From Verrucomicrobiota bacterium (GTDB lineage Bacteria > Verrucomicrobiota > Verrucomicrobiia > Limisphaerales > AAA164-E04): 64,000 nucleotides of DNA. Numbering within the stretch: position 1 is the stretch's first letter; every line of letters starts with the position of its first letter. The translations under genes and the position numbers were made by a program. The stretch covers positions 1,984,001 through 2,048,000 of the forward strand of contig CP170459.1 of NCBI GenBank assembly GCA_047947115.1, given 5' to 3'. Positions 20,901 through 30,698 of this stretch are shown piece by piece. The notes under the pieces were generated by a model that was not told the origin of the DNA, searched no databases, and was given only the letters and a program-made list of their open reading frames with translations.

Positions 20901-23900
20901 GATAGCTTGTTGCCACGTTGGCGGCTTCGGGTGTGGGTTCCAAAAATGCCCACCCCCCGGTCAGTGTGCGTCCGAAGGTGAGATCGTGTCGTTGTTTCGG
21001 GTAGTTCTGGATTTGATCCCATACGGTGGTTCCATCCGGCGCGGTCAATTGGATGCTTTCGCCATCTGCGTTCAATGAAAAGTTTGCATGCAGGTGTCCT
21101 TTGGTATCTCGTGTTTCCGATCTGGAGGAGGCGAAGATGACGAGGTAGGCATGAGGTTCCAAGATAATGTCGTTAGGTAAGATCCATTTCATGGGGGCAT
21201 CCGGATCGTCACTTAATCCACAGCCAGCAAGGGAAAGGGAAGTGTTGTTCGGGTTGTGCAGTTCTATCCAATCACTTGTATCTCCGAAGCCATCACGCAT
21301 GGATGTCTGGTTGTCCGCCATGAATTCTGTGATGCGGGGTGGCAAAGGCTGTTGGTTGACCGTTGCCGTTACGTGACGTACTTCAGTTCTGCCAAACAAC
21401 CCGCCCACGAATGTGTATTCGATGCTTTGGGAAGGCGTGATCGTGTGGTAACCGATACCATTCGGCTCGGTGAAAATTCCCAGGGAGATTCCAGCTGGGT
21501 AAAGCGTTAGATAACGCAATCCTTCTTGTTGCCAGGTCAGGGTGGTTTCGTTGCCGCTGGTGATCTCGGGGGCATCAATCGAAGCCTGGAGCAATCCAAC
21601 GTTGCTGGTATTCAGACCAAATGCCTGCAGTTCCTTCAGACCGAGATGCCAGGACACACCCGGAGGATCGGAACGTTCCTTGTTCTCATAACCTACGCGG
21701 ATATAGCGTGCGTTGATCGGACCGGGCAGGGAAACGTCAAAGAACTCCGAAGTGCCTCCGAGGTGAAGTGAGTAGATCGAATCATGAGCCGCATCAAAGA
21801 GTCGAACCGTGGCATGTGTCATTCGGCGTTGAAATCCGTCCTCGGGAATGACACGTACCAAGGTCAGTGCTTTCTCAGTGCCCAGGTCGGTTTCCCAATA
21901 GGCGTCGACGGTTCGTTCGGTGGATTCGGTGTGGGTGTTGTATTGTCCATCGTTTCCATTGGATGCCGGCGGAAGATTATCCACAAGTCGGACCATGTAG
22001 GCGTCTTTGTTCAGGGCAAAGTTTTCGGAGGAGAACAGCATTACTTCTGCGAGCGAAATGATGTGATTGCCCGCCCCGTTGGTGGATCCATCGGGCAGAC
22101 TGATTCGAATGGATTTTCCTTGTGTGTTCGGTGGTGTGTAGAAGGTCCACACACCTTGGCTACCGGGGTTTTCGGACTGTGCGCTGGCGACGGTTAAGGA
22201 TGTCTCATCGAGGACTTCCACTAAAAGACCGTCCAGTTGTCGACTGCTTGCATTTCCCGGGGGGCTGACCAGTTCGATGTGGTGGATGGCTCTGGTACGA
22301 TCAAGAGTCAGTAACCATTGAGATCCTGGCGTGTCACTGGTTTGGCTGAAGGTCTCAAGCTTGCCATCAATGGCAAGCTTAGCCGGTTCCACACTGCCAG
22401 CGCCTTCATGAATTGCCACCGCGATGGCGTCCAGCTGAATGGGGCCGATGGCAGGCATGGGGTCTCCGAACATTTGAATTTCCCCAATAGCGATTCGATG
22501 ATCCCCCAGAGCGTTGGTGCTTCCTGCGGGAAGTTCCAAACGCACCCATTGAACATAAACTTCGCCGGGAATATTCTCCGACCAGAGGCCCCCGGACCTT
22601 GATGTGTAAGGTGTGGATTCGTAAAGGATTTGATCCATCAAACTACCTGCCTTTAGAACGGTGTTCTGCAATACCCCAGCCAAGCTTGTCAGGATAGGGG
22701 GGGAAATTTCCACTCGCGTGATGAGTGTGGGTTTTTCAAATCGGTATTCCCAGAAGGTGCCGGGAACGTTGGGGGATTCGCTGTAGGTATTTGAGCGTTG
22801 ATCGAAGGCAAGTTGCGCATTGCTATTCGAATTATCGTGTGGACCATGGATTGCACTTCCGGACCTTGCCAGATCAATGGGCAAATCGGCCCGTGCTTCG
22901 AGTGGATCAAATGTATCGAACGTCCACTCCAGAGAGGAGGATCGTCCGGCGTCATCGGATGCCTCCGCCTTGGCTGTGTAAAATTGATTGGATTCCAGTG
23001 GAAGGGAGTAAGTTGCGGTTCGGGTTGTTGTTGTGCCTGAGAGATTGAGTGATGCGGATACGTTCTCGCCGTTCAGGAACAATCGAATGTTTTGCGCCGG
23101 TATTTCATTGGGAGCTGCAGTGGAAACACTGAACCCAAGGCCTCCATCGATCGGATGAAATTCTGACTGATCCGCGGGAAACACCTCCCGGATGGCTGGT
23201 GCTTGTTGCGCGACTGGAATGGCCAAGTCCATGGGAGAACTACCTGAAGACAGTTTTTTGATTTGTTCTTCCGTCAGGGAAACACCAAATATCCCCAGAT
23301 CATCCACCAGTCCATGGAACGCGTATTGAGGTTCGGTAGGAGATTGACCGACGACCAGCCCGGTCCAGTCCGTCAACAGAGGATCGGCGCCGGATGTCTG
23401 GTCCAGTGCAAGTTCTCCGTTGACCCAAACCTGCTTCGCGCCTCCTTTCTTAATCAGGGCGACATGGTGCCATGCACCCCAATCGATACCGGTTATGCCT
23501 CCGTTTAATCGTTTGGCGGGAGTATCACAGCAGCCGGAGGTATCGAAATAAATTGTTCCATTTCCCCAGGGTACATGGGCTTGGAACCCGCGGTCACCTG
23601 AGCCAGACGAGGGCGAAGTGAACCAGACTGATGCGCTGTTGGCAATCTGGCCGTCCTGCCAACGTTGCCAGAAAGTTACGGACAGTTGATCCTCCGCGTT
23701 GGTCGTATTCAGTCGTTTGACCAAATCACTTCCTTCTGGAGATTCCGACACCAGAATCGCATGCGTGGGATTCTCTGCGGAACCTGAGGCGCCCAAGTCA
23801 AGTGCCCGATCCCCGGGCGCCCCGCTGCGTCCACGGCGGTCCGAGGTGTAAGCTGCGTCACCGTTGAACTCGAGCGGAGCACCGTTGCTTGCATCGATAC

Positions 23901-24039
23901 TTCGTTTTGGATTGGATGGGTCGTTGAAATCCCAAACTGCCAGTAGGGCATCTGGATCAAGTAACTCCGCCGCAGGCATGGTGCACAACAAGCAACATCC
24001 CCACAGCACGCATAGCATGGACAATCGTGGTATTCTCAT
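17953..24039 (-). CDS. large secreted multidomain protein: LamG-like, discoidin/F5-8-like repeats, lamin-tail domains and CotH-like kinase
   Basis: Signal peptide from ATG 24039; WHHVALIK…FHGLVDDL (LamG-like); ITEFMADN…DWIELHNP and ITEIQYNP…EFIEI (lamin-tail); KKNYRLKFR…HGRFVHLYFNGEYWGQY (CotH-like); YYTLDGSDPR; DDGAVIYLNG. Confidence 0.85.
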   Translation of the reverse strand: MRIPRLSMLCVLWGCCLLCTMPAAELLDPDALLAVWDFNDPSNPKRSIDASNGAPLEFNGDAAYTSDRRGRSGAPGDRALDLGASGSAENPTHAILVSESPEGSDLVKRLNTTNAEDQLSVTFWQRWQDGQIANSASVWFTSPSSGSGDRGFQAHVPWGNGTIYFDTSGCCDTPAKRLNGGITGIDWGAWHHVALIKKGGAKQVWVNGELALDQTSGADPLLTDWTGLVVGQSPTEPQYAFHGLVDDLGIFGVSLTEEQIKKLSSGSSPMDLAIPVAQQAPAIREVFPADQSEFHPIDGGLGFSVSTAAPNEIPAQNIRLFLNGENVSASLNLSGTTTTRTATYSLPLESNQFYTAKAEASDDAGRSSSLEWTFDTFDPLEARADLPIDLARSGSAIHGPHDNSNSNAQLAFDQRSNTYSESPNVPGTFWEYRFEKPTLITRVEISPPILTSLAGVLQNTVLKAGSLMDQILYESTPYTSRSGGLWSENIPGEVYVQWVRLELPAGSTNALGDHRIAIGEIQMFGDPMPAIGPIQLDAIAVAIHEGAGSVEPAKLAIDGKLETFSQTSDTPGSQWLLTLDRTRAIHHIELVSPPGNASSRQLDGLLVEVLDETSLTVASAQSENPGSQGVWTFYTPPNTQGKSIRISLPDGSTNGAGNHIISLAEVMLFSSENFALNKDAYMVRLVDNLPPASNGNDGQYNTHTESTERTVDAYWETDLGTEKALTLVRVIPEDGFQRRMTHATVRLFDAAHDSIYSLHLGGTSEFFDVSLPGPINARYIRVGYENKERSDPPGVSWHLGLKELQAFGLNTSNVGLLQASIDAPEITSGNETTLTWQQEGLRYLTLYPAGISLGIFTEPNGIGYHTITPSQSIEYTFVGGLFGRTEVRHVTATVNQQPLPPRITEFMADNQTSMRDGFGDTSDWIELHNPNNTSLSLAGCGLSDDPDAPMKWILPNDIILEPHAYLVIFASSRSETRDTKGHLHANFSLNADGESIQLTAPDGTTVWDQIQNYPKQRHDLTFGRTLTGGWAFLEPTPEAANVATSYQGWLPPVEFSHTRGFQEIPINLTLSHPDETAQILFSTNGSFPSQAYTRPLRINGNASVRATVLREGYKSPTVQTHSYLSVEDTLNASNMNRTLTGNASFAARIRKGLRDLPVISISVPELPDDWNEREASVEVFMPDDSIIQSNAGVKRFGGAWTDFTKKNYRLKFRPEYGNRKLELPLFEGFDHGIPAVDAFDEIDLRGGGHDMNSRGFYMSARFSEDTMLEMGALNPHGRFVHLYFNGEYWGQYHARERVTDAFLADYLGGQTEDYVNIRGNDNVGSSFVLGTPDPANRTPWENVLQFKGDYERVRHWVDIPHLIDFMLMWNLGNAETEYRAAGPVEAGTGFKFWLGDADGHIRSASDRTGNPGPADIFGALVSERHPDFMTLLADRIHLHLFNNGALTGDRNAERLRQRMEEIKDSLVAECARWGFRNPNDWERAANDAIEQILPANADQLRQRLERRRLYPTVSAPEFSQQGEILPSDQSIGIHLTSGDLYYTLDGSDPRLPGGNVSPTAQIRRANGASNATLVPPQSTWRYLDGGEIPGTGWASSTFDDSGWDQGNAPLGYGDEGMSTTLDFGGDSSSKAISYYFRQTFDASDPSGIQRLELNLVRDDGAVIYLNGREVARDNMPEGPVASDTRASSAAGGADETAIRTFNLPASMLREGANLLAVEVHQASPTSSDLRFDAWLQSATDASLSFSFPSDTHFKARAFDGRTWSALSEVFFFSEVPQPPQPGDILITEIQYNPDGPDEYEFIEILNRTTRALDLSNHRFADAITFTFPDQTHLAGGGIAVIVENVDAFAERYQDETSPYFHPNIRVIGQWSGRLSDAGERIQLWGANSTLITEVHFGDDNGWPELADGLGSSLELSNPLDLPEDFMALQSLINQTSSWSASSLFHGSPGQLELEPPLTYISITEEGAMQWTIQAAANVHLEIQTTENLAQPNWKTVDQFITIEPGPLEFLLPIDKNIQGQFYRLIWTP

Positions 24040-24336
24040 GATCTGTATTTTGAGAATACCTAGCAGAATGCATGCCGACACGCGAGTATCTCATCCAGTC
24101 TGTAAGTCTGAGGAACTCCTACTGCCGAAGTTCGCCCACTGATTTCGGCGAAACACCGCGGATTTTGAGTTCCATTATCGCTCCTGCAGACAGGGTGGGA
24201 CGATCAGGGGGATTGGCTGCCCGGATCAATAAAAACCCAGCTTACATTTGAGTAAAGGAGGGTGTTGCCTCGCCTGTTAAGAATTGCTTTAGGAAGTGGG
24301 TGGTGGTTGTACCCACCTCAATCTTTGTAATATGGG

Positions 24337-25341
24337 TTAGGATGCAGAAGCCATGCTGGGTTGTCTTGGGGTTTTGGCTTCGATTTCTTTCAGGACATGG
24401 TCTGTTGTGATCCCTTCGGCTTCGGCTTCAAAGTTGGGAATGAGACGGTGCCTCAAGGTTGGAAGAATCGATTTCTGTATGTCGTCGAAACTCACGTTGA
24501 AGCGTCCTTCTTTCAGGGCGCGCACCTTAGCGGCCAGGATCAGTGTTTGCGCACCGCGCGGGCTGCTGCCGAACCGGAGGTATTGATTGGTGATGTCCGC
24601 CGCCGTTTCGGTTTGCGGGTGAGTGGCGAGGATCAGGCGTACGGCGTAGTCTTTGACGTGTTCGGGCACGGGGACTTGTCGGACCAGGCCCTGGTATTCA
24701 TTGATTTTGCTGCCGTCCAGGATGTTGTTCACCTCGATCTTGCGTCCCTCGGTGGTTCGGTTGATGACTTCGGTCAATTCGTCGCCGGATGGATAGGTCA
24801 CAACGAGCTTGAAGAAAAAGCGATCCAACTGTGCTTCCGGCAACGGGTAAGTGCCCTCCTGGTCGATCGGATTTTGAGTGGCCAGGACGAAGAAGGGGCT
24901 GATCAGTTTTCGGATCTCTCCGCCTGCGGTTACGCTGCGCTCCTGCATGGCTTCGAGCATCGCTGATTGCGTTTTGGGGGTGGCACGGTTGATTTCGTCC
25001 GCCAGCACCAGGTGAGCGAAAATGGGGCCTTTCTGGAACTGAAACTCTTTGCGACCCTCGGCGTTTTCAACAACGAGGTTTGTACCCAGGATGTCGGCAG
25101 GCATCAGGTCCGGCGTGAACTGTATGCGGCTGAAGGAAAGGTCCAGCGCTTCACTGAGAGTTCGTACCAACAACGTTTTGCCCAGACCGGGTACGCCTTC
25201 AAGGAGGACATGCCCGCCGGCAAACACGGCGATCAGGGTGCCGTCGACAATGTCTTCATGTCCGACGATGACTTTGCCGATTTCCGATTTCAGTTGCGTG
25301 TAGTCATTGCGAAAGTGACTGATCTTTTCCTCGATGCTCAT
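24337..25341 (-). CDS. moxR: MoxR-family AAA+ ATPase
   Basis: EGVPGLGKT, RIQFTPDLMPADI, LADEINRATPKTQSAMLEAM, ATQNPIDQEGTYPLPEAQLDRF. Confidence 0.95.
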   Translation of the reverse strand: MSIEEKISHFRNDYTQLKSEIGKVIVGHEDIVDGTLIAVFAGGHVLLEGVPGLGKTLLVRTLSEALDLSFSRIQFTPDLMPADILGTNLVVENAEGRKEFQFQKGPIFAHLVLADEINRATPKTQSAMLEAMQERSVTAGGEIRKLISPFFVLATQNPIDQEGTYPLPEAQLDRFFFKLVVTYPSGDELTEVINRTTEGRKIEVNNILDGSKINEYQGLVRQVPVPEHVKDYAVRLILATHPQTETAADITNQYLRFGSSPRGAQTLILAAKVRALKEGRFNVSFDDIQKSILPTLRHRLIPNFEAEAEGITTDHVLKEIEAKTPRQPSMASAS

Positions 25342-25368
25342 TTTGTTTTCTTAGATTCCCGTGATTCG

Positions 25369-27312
25369 TTACTGCTTGAGGTCGTCAAAGTAATCCCGCA
25401 CCGAGTTTTGATAGGCTCGCGGAACGCGTTGTTGACTCAGTGCGCTTTCAGCGTCTGTCTGTGCCGATGTGACGGTCTCTGTGAATTCGACCTCACTTTG
25501 CCCCTTGATGCTCAATCCTCGCAGGGTAATGCTTGGCATGGGCGCTCCCGGGTTGAACTGGCCTTTGACCTTGGTGGGGGTCAGACCGGGAGCCAGTTCG
25601 CCTTCACCCCGGTTGGTGTGGCCCCTGCCATCCATGTCGGGACGTTCTATTCCAGAGTTGTCAAAGCTCGCCTGACCTGGGTCGCGATACATGAAATCGC
25701 CGCCTTCTTCGCCCCATGTGCCGACGCCTTGGCCTGGTTTGCTACCTGGTTTAAAACCCGGGCTGCTGCATTGACCCCATCCCATGCAGTTGCCGACACA
25801 CATGGATGCTTTCATGAGGTTGTCCAGGCTGGCCATGAGGGATTGCATGTCGCCGTATTGATCCATGAGCTTCTGCAACTCTTCGGCGGCAGCCATCAGT
25901 GATTTGGCGGCCTCTGCTTTTTGGCCATTCTTCAACTGCTGATCGGCCTGTTTGAGGAAATCCTGAACCTTGCCATAGTCGGCCGCTTCCGGGATGGCTT
26001 TTTGCAATTCCTGGAGCATTTTTTCCAGATCCTCCTGCGAAAGTTCTCCGGACTGAAGTTGTTTGGCCTTCTCGAGGAGGTTTTGTTTGGCGAACATGGC
26101 TTGGCCTTTTTCAAGTTGCTCTGCAAGGTCCTTGCCGATCTGGCTCATTTGCATTTGGAGGTTTTGCAGTTGCTTGGCCATTTGAAGCATCTTGTCCAGG
26201 TCGACTTGGGCCTGATTCAGGTCTTTGAGAAGCTTCTCGATATCGCCTGCTTTCAAGTTGTTGAGAGCGGCTTCGATTTGCTCTGAATTCAATCCCATCT
26301 GAGCAGCCTGCTGAGCCATGTCGCTGAGTTGTTGTGCAAGGGATTGTTTCATTTGTTCGCTCATGCCTCCTTCGGAATCCTGCATACCTTGCACGGCTTT
26401 TTGGAGTGCGTCGAGTTTGCGCTGCATTTCCTGCATGGCTGCCTGACTTGCCATTTTTTCACCGAGCTGACGTTTCAGGTCTTCCATTTTTTTCTGCATG
26501 GCGCTCATGGTCTCTGAAGGAGCGGAGCCATTGGGTTGGCGTGCTGCTTTCTGCATGCGTTTGAGCGCGGGGTTTTGATCCAGAGAGGTGTGCTCCTTTT
26601 TCAGCATTTCCGTGACGGATGCGATATCTTTGAGGGCGTTGTCACGGGTTAGTTTTGCCTTGGAAAGTTTGGTGCCCAGTTCGTCCACTTTCTGCATGGC
26701 CGTTTCGGTGGGTTGCAGGGCGGGGGGACGTTCTTTGATTTCCTGACGGATGAATTTAACCAGATGTTCGCCGCTGCTCTTGATGTGGGCTTTTTCCTTT
26801 TTCTCCTGCAGGTAAGCTTCGGTGCGGTATTCCGGGACAAATCCCAGTCCTGCGCTCAATGCCAACACCATGACCGACCATTTGGCCAGCGACGGCAGGT
26901 TGAAGGAGATCAGGCTTTTGGGATGCACACGATCCAGGAATTGTTGGGCATCTTTCATGATGAATCCGCCCCACTCTTCTTTGCCGTCAAATTCCAGGGC
27001 TGCAGTGAAGCGTTCCTTGAGTCCGCATTGCTCATCCACCCATTGGGCGGTTTCTGCCAGATTGATGGGCTTGAGCAAGGGCCAAACAAACCTGGCCAGG
27101 GCAAAACCTCCCCACGCCATGCCGGCCCATCCCAGGGTGAAGAATGGAATGGGTAATAGTTTGAAAGTGATGAGAGTGGTCAACCATAGCAATGCCCCCC
27201 AGAAAAACCCCTTCCAAAGTCCGGTCCATGCCTCACGCCATCTGCGGCGGCTGGCGGCTCGTTTCAGTTTCTCTTCGATATGTTTACGATCTTTCATGAC
27301 GGCTTGTAGCAA
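25369..27312 (-). CDS. membrane-anchored Gln/Lys-rich coiled-coil protein (DUF4175-like MoxR partner)
   Basis: Three N-terminal TM segments, LKERFTAALEF, long coiled coil, Gly-rich region, C-terminal VPRAYQNSVRDYF; directly upstream of moxR. Confidence 0.7.
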   Translation of the reverse strand: MLQAVMKDRKHIEEKLKRAASRRRWREAWTGLWKGFFWGALLWLTTLITFKLLPIPFFTLGWAGMAWGGFALARFVWPLLKPINLAETAQWVDEQCGLKERFTAALEFDGKEEWGGFIMKDAQQFLDRVHPKSLISFNLPSLAKWSVMVLALSAGLGFVPEYRTEAYLQEKKEKAHIKSSGEHLVKFIRQEIKERPPALQPTETAMQKVDELGTKLSKAKLTRDNALKDIASVTEMLKKEHTSLDQNPALKRMQKAARQPNGSAPSETMSAMQKKMEDLKRQLGEKMASQAAMQEMQRKLDALQKAVQGMQDSEGGMSEQMKQSLAQQLSDMAQQAAQMGLNSEQIEAALNNLKAGDIEKLLKDLNQAQVDLDKMLQMAKQLQNLQMQMSQIGKDLAEQLEKGQAMFAKQNLLEKAKQLQSGELSQEDLEKMLQELQKAIPEAADYGKVQDFLKQADQQLKNGQKAEAAKSLMAAAEELQKLMDQYGDMQSLMASLDNLMKASMCVGNCMGWGQCSSPGFKPGSKPGQGVGTWGEEGGDFMYRDPGQASFDNSGIERPDMDGRGHTNRGEGELAPGLTPTKVKGQFNPGAPMPSITLRGLSIKGQSEVEFTETVTSAQTDAESALSQQRVPRAYQNSVRDYFDDLKQ

Positions 27313-27436
27313 CTATGCCTGATCCCAAAAGGATGGCCAGTGAAAATTTTTGGCTTATTTCATCGCCTGAGGCTTTGGAACCTTCTTTAATACACCACTT
27401 AGCAACGCTTGTTTCAGTCTATTTACCAGTCCGATT

Positions 27437-28864
27437 ATGGGTAAGAATTCTAAAAAACGCAGAGAGAACAAACAGGAATCCAAACCTGCGCCAACAACTT
27501 CTCTTGAACCGCAACAAAGTGAACGACCGTCAGCCGGTATGTGGTTGCACTTCGTTCGAGTTCTCCTGGTCTCCGCGATGCTGATTACTGGTTACTTGTC
27601 CTTGGTATCCTTGAGTCAAGACAGCGGTGTCCCGGGGTGTGGTCCCGAATCCAGTTGCGATCAGGTGCTTTCCAGCCAATGGGCCTCCTGGTTGGGGGTT
27701 CCGATTACCTTGCCGGGGTTGGTTTTGTACGGGGTGTTTCTTCTGAATACATTCTTCATCAATAGCAAGACGTTGGACAAAGCCAAGCGCACCCTGAATC
27801 TTCAAGTCCTTTGCTCGTTCGCTATTTTGGCTGCCGCTCTGTGGTTCGTGGGGGTCCAGGCGGTGGTGATCAAGGCATTCTGTCCCTACTGTTGCACCGC
27901 ACATGCTTTGGCTTCGGCAGCGGCCATTTTGTTCTTAATGCAGGGTAATTCGCTTGGAGCCCGTTTGTCGGTCCGTTTGAATTTTGCGGGTGCGGGAATT
28001 GCAGCTTTGGTGTTTGTGGGCATTGTGGCCGGGGCGCAGGTGTTGTTTCCCAAAAAACAGGCGGGACCGATCATCGTCTCAATGGAAGAGAAAAACAGCA
28101 ATGTGGAGCAAATTGAACCTTCAATCCCCGAAGCTTCGACTCCACCCCAGGAACCTTCTCCAATTGAGCCCACTCAAGATCCGGAAATCGAGCCAGTGGA
28201 TGAGCCAGCTGTGGAAGTTGCTCCACCTGTCGATGTTCAGCCTGCACCCAAGGTTGCCATCAAGATACCGCCATTGCCGTTGCCCAATTCCACCATTCAG
28301 TTTAATCCGGTCAGGTTGCCCACTCTTGGGGCTCCTGATGCACCTCATCGGATGGGGTTGATGTTTGATTACACCTGCCACCATTGTCGCAATGTGCACG
28401 GGTTCGTGCGTCAGTTGTTGAAAAAGTATGACGGTAAACTGTCCTGTATGTTGATCCCGGTGCCGTTGGACGCGAATTGCAATCCTTTCGTCAAAACAAC
28501 GCAGCGGGATCACATCGACGCCTGCAAATACGCCAAGATCTGTCTGGCAGTCCAGCTTCTGGCTCCCGAGAAATACGATGCGTTTGATCAATGGTTATTC
28601 ACGGATCACGAAAAAGTGAAAACACTGGATGCCGTTCGGACCCATGCCGAAAACCTGGTCGGAAAGGACGTTCTGGCGAAAACGGTGGAAAGCGCCGAAG
28701 TCGCCGCCCAATTGAAACAGGATTTTGATGCTTACCAGGTGAATTATCGCAACAGTGGCAAAGGCTTACTCCCGCAGACCATCATCAACACCCACGTCAT
28801 CTTTGGTCCTCCACCCGATGTTGAGACATTGGACAAGATCATGAAACAGTTGTTGGGGATTTGA
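27437..28864 (+). CDS. VKOR domain fused to a DsbA-like thioredoxin-fold domain
   Basis: Loop Cys pair GCGPESSC, VLSSQWA, active site FCPYC; Pro/Glu linker; LGAPDAP…FDYTCHHC; cis-Pro-like LPQTII. Confidence 0.88.
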   Translation: MGKNSKKRRENKQESKPAPTTSLEPQQSERPSAGMWLHFVRVLLVSAMLITGYLSLVSLSQDSGVPGCGPESSCDQVLSSQWASWLGVPITLPGLVLYGVFLLNTFFINSKTLDKAKRTLNLQVLCSFAILAAALWFVGVQAVVIKAFCPYCCTAHALASAAAILFLMQGNSLGARLSVRLNFAGAGIAALVFVGIVAGAQVLFPKKQAGPIIVSMEEKNSNVEQIEPSIPEASTPPQEPSPIEPTQDPEIEPVDEPAVEVAPPVDVQPAPKVAIKIPPLPLPNSTIQFNPVRLPTLGAPDAPHRMGLMFDYTCHHCRNVHGFVRQLLKKYDGKLSCMLIPVPLDANCNPFVKTTQRDHIDACKYAKICLAVQLLAPEKYDAFDQWLFTDHEKVKTLDAVRTHAENLVGKDVLAKTVESAEVAAQLKQDFDAYQVNYRNSGKGLLPQTIINTHVIFGPPPDVETLDKIMKQLLGI

Positions 28865-28868
28865 TGCT

Positions 28869-30476
28869 TTACTGGCTCAACACGCTGGTATCCGCAAAGG
28901 CGATGTAAAGCACCAGCACCGCCACGGCAAGTCCGATGCCCATCGGGTAGGCCCATTTCCAGGGGGTGAGATCGACATGGCCTGAGTGTTTGTGTTCCCA
29001 GGGTGTTTTGAGCGGGGCGAGCATGCCGCTGATCAGCATCAGAATGATCAATACGGCAAAGACAGCTCCCAGAAAATGGAATTCATGCATGGCATTTACC
29101 TTTTCGCTCAGCGCTGGCACAAAATATCCGAGTGCTATGGCCAGAAAGCCTACAATGAGTGCGATGTTCGCTCCCCATGCCGGGATGCGTTTGTTCAAAA
29201 TTCCCATCAACATGACCGAGAAAATGGGGATGAAGTAGAGGCCGTTCATTTTTTGCAGGTAACCGAAAATGCTGTCTTGTCCCGCCAACATGGGAGCCCC
29301 CACCATGGCCAGAATCGCAATGACGATTCCAAAGGTTTTACCCACGGAGATCACTTTGGCTTCGTCGACATGGTCGTGCTTGATCATATGGCGGTAGATG
29401 CCGAGACTGAACAAGGTTGCGGTGCTGTTCAGCGCTGAGTTGAAAGAACTCAGGATGGCCCCCACCATGACCGCCGCGAAGAATCCTGCCAGCCATGTGG
29501 GGAGCACGTTGCTCACCAGCGTGCCGTAAGCGTGATCCGCTTTGATGTCGGTCTCACTGTAAAGGTGGAAGGCAATGATGCCGGGCAACACCAGGATCAT
29601 CGGGGCAAGCACCTTGAAAAATCCGGCAATCAAGACGCCTTTCTGGCCTTCCTTGAGGCTGCTGGCTCCAAAGGTGCGCTGGATGATCTGCTGGTTGGTG
29701 GTCCAATAGAAAAGATTGAGCAACAGGACGCCGGTAAAGAGAGTGGAGAAGGGAACCGAGGAGGTTTTTGACCCGAGAGAATTGAATTTCTCAGGGTGAG
29801 CTTCCTTCAGATCCCCCATCGCAGCAAAAATCCCTCCATCATTCACCGCCATCAAACCAAAGTAGGCTATTAGCAAACCACCCACCAGCAAACCAAATCC
29901 ATTGATGGTGTCCGATACGGCGACGGAACGCAGACCTCCGAAAATGGCGTAGATGGAACCAATGATGCCGATCATCCAGACCGTGATCCAAAGGATGGTG
30001 GAGTCCGATTGAATGCCCGTCAGCGCTTTCAAATCCAGAATCCCCGCCAGGCCTGTTGCGCCCGTATAAAGAATGATGGGCAGGAGAATGCACGTATAGG
30101 CGATGATGAAGATGAAACTGGTAATCGAGCGTGTGGTGGCGTCAAAACGTTCTTCCAGAAACTGAGGGACGGTTGCGATGCCGCTGCGCAGGTATTTCGG
30201 AAGGAAAAAGAGAGCCATGAATACCAGAGACAAGCCAGCCACCACTTCCCATGCCATGACCGCAATGCCATCGGTGAATGCCGCCCCGTTGAGCCCGACC
30301 AGTTGTTCGGTCGAAAGATTGGTCAGCAACAATGATCCGGCAATGTAACCGCCGGTGAGCGAGCGCCCGGCAAGAAAGTAACCGTCCGACGTGGCATCAG
30401 TTTTTCCATGAGTGATCCGCCAGGTTAAAAGACCAACCAGACCGGTGAAGAACACAAACGACAATATGGTGAACAT
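28869..30476 (-). CDS. sodium:solute symporter (YidK-like)
   Basis: [43 protein letters not shown]; ~14 TM helices. Confidence 0.93.
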   Translation of the reverse strand: MFTILSFVFFTGLVGLLTWRITHGKTDATSDGYFLAGRSLTGGYIAGSLLLTNLSTEQLVGLNGAAFTDGIAVMAWEVVAGLSLVFMALFFLPKYLRSGIATVPQFLEERFDATTRSITSFIFIIAYTCILLPIILYTGATGLAGILDLKALTGIQSDSTILWITVWMIGIIGSIYAIFGGLRSVAVSDTINGFGLLVGGLLIAYFGLMAVNDGGIFAAMGDLKEAHPEKFNSLGSKTSSVPFSTLFTGVLLLNLFYWTTNQQIIQRTFGASSLKEGQKGVLIAGFFKVLAPMILVLPGIIAFHLYSETDIKADHAYGTLVSNVLPTWLAGFFAAVMVGAILSSFNSALNSTATLFSLGIYRHMIKHDHVDEAKVISVGKTFGIVIAILAMVGAPMLAGQDSIFGYLQKMNGLYFIPIFSVMLMGILNKRIPAWGANIALIVGFLAIALGYFVPALSEKVNAMHEFHFLGAVFAVLIILMLISGMLAPLKTPWEHKHSGHVDLTPWKWAYPMGIGLAVAVLVLYIAFADTSVLSQ

Positions 30477-30698
30477 AATTTAATTGGGTTATGAAGCACA
30501 TAGAATCAGGTCATATGAACGAACTGTTCAAGATCAAAGTCGGGCCAACAATTTAAATAGGTGACCAGATTGTCTCAGGGACGACAAGCGATTTTGGGGC
30601 AGTGCGATGATATCGGGCCTCGTAAGTGTGTAAATTTTACTAGCTGGTCATTGATTCCAACATTGCCCGCGCAGATCGTTTCTGGTACCCGTTGAAGC

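Noticed and set aside
24967..25902. 311-aa plus-strand ORF across moxR and its partner
   Set aside because: Antisense shadow of two well-supported minus-strand genes.
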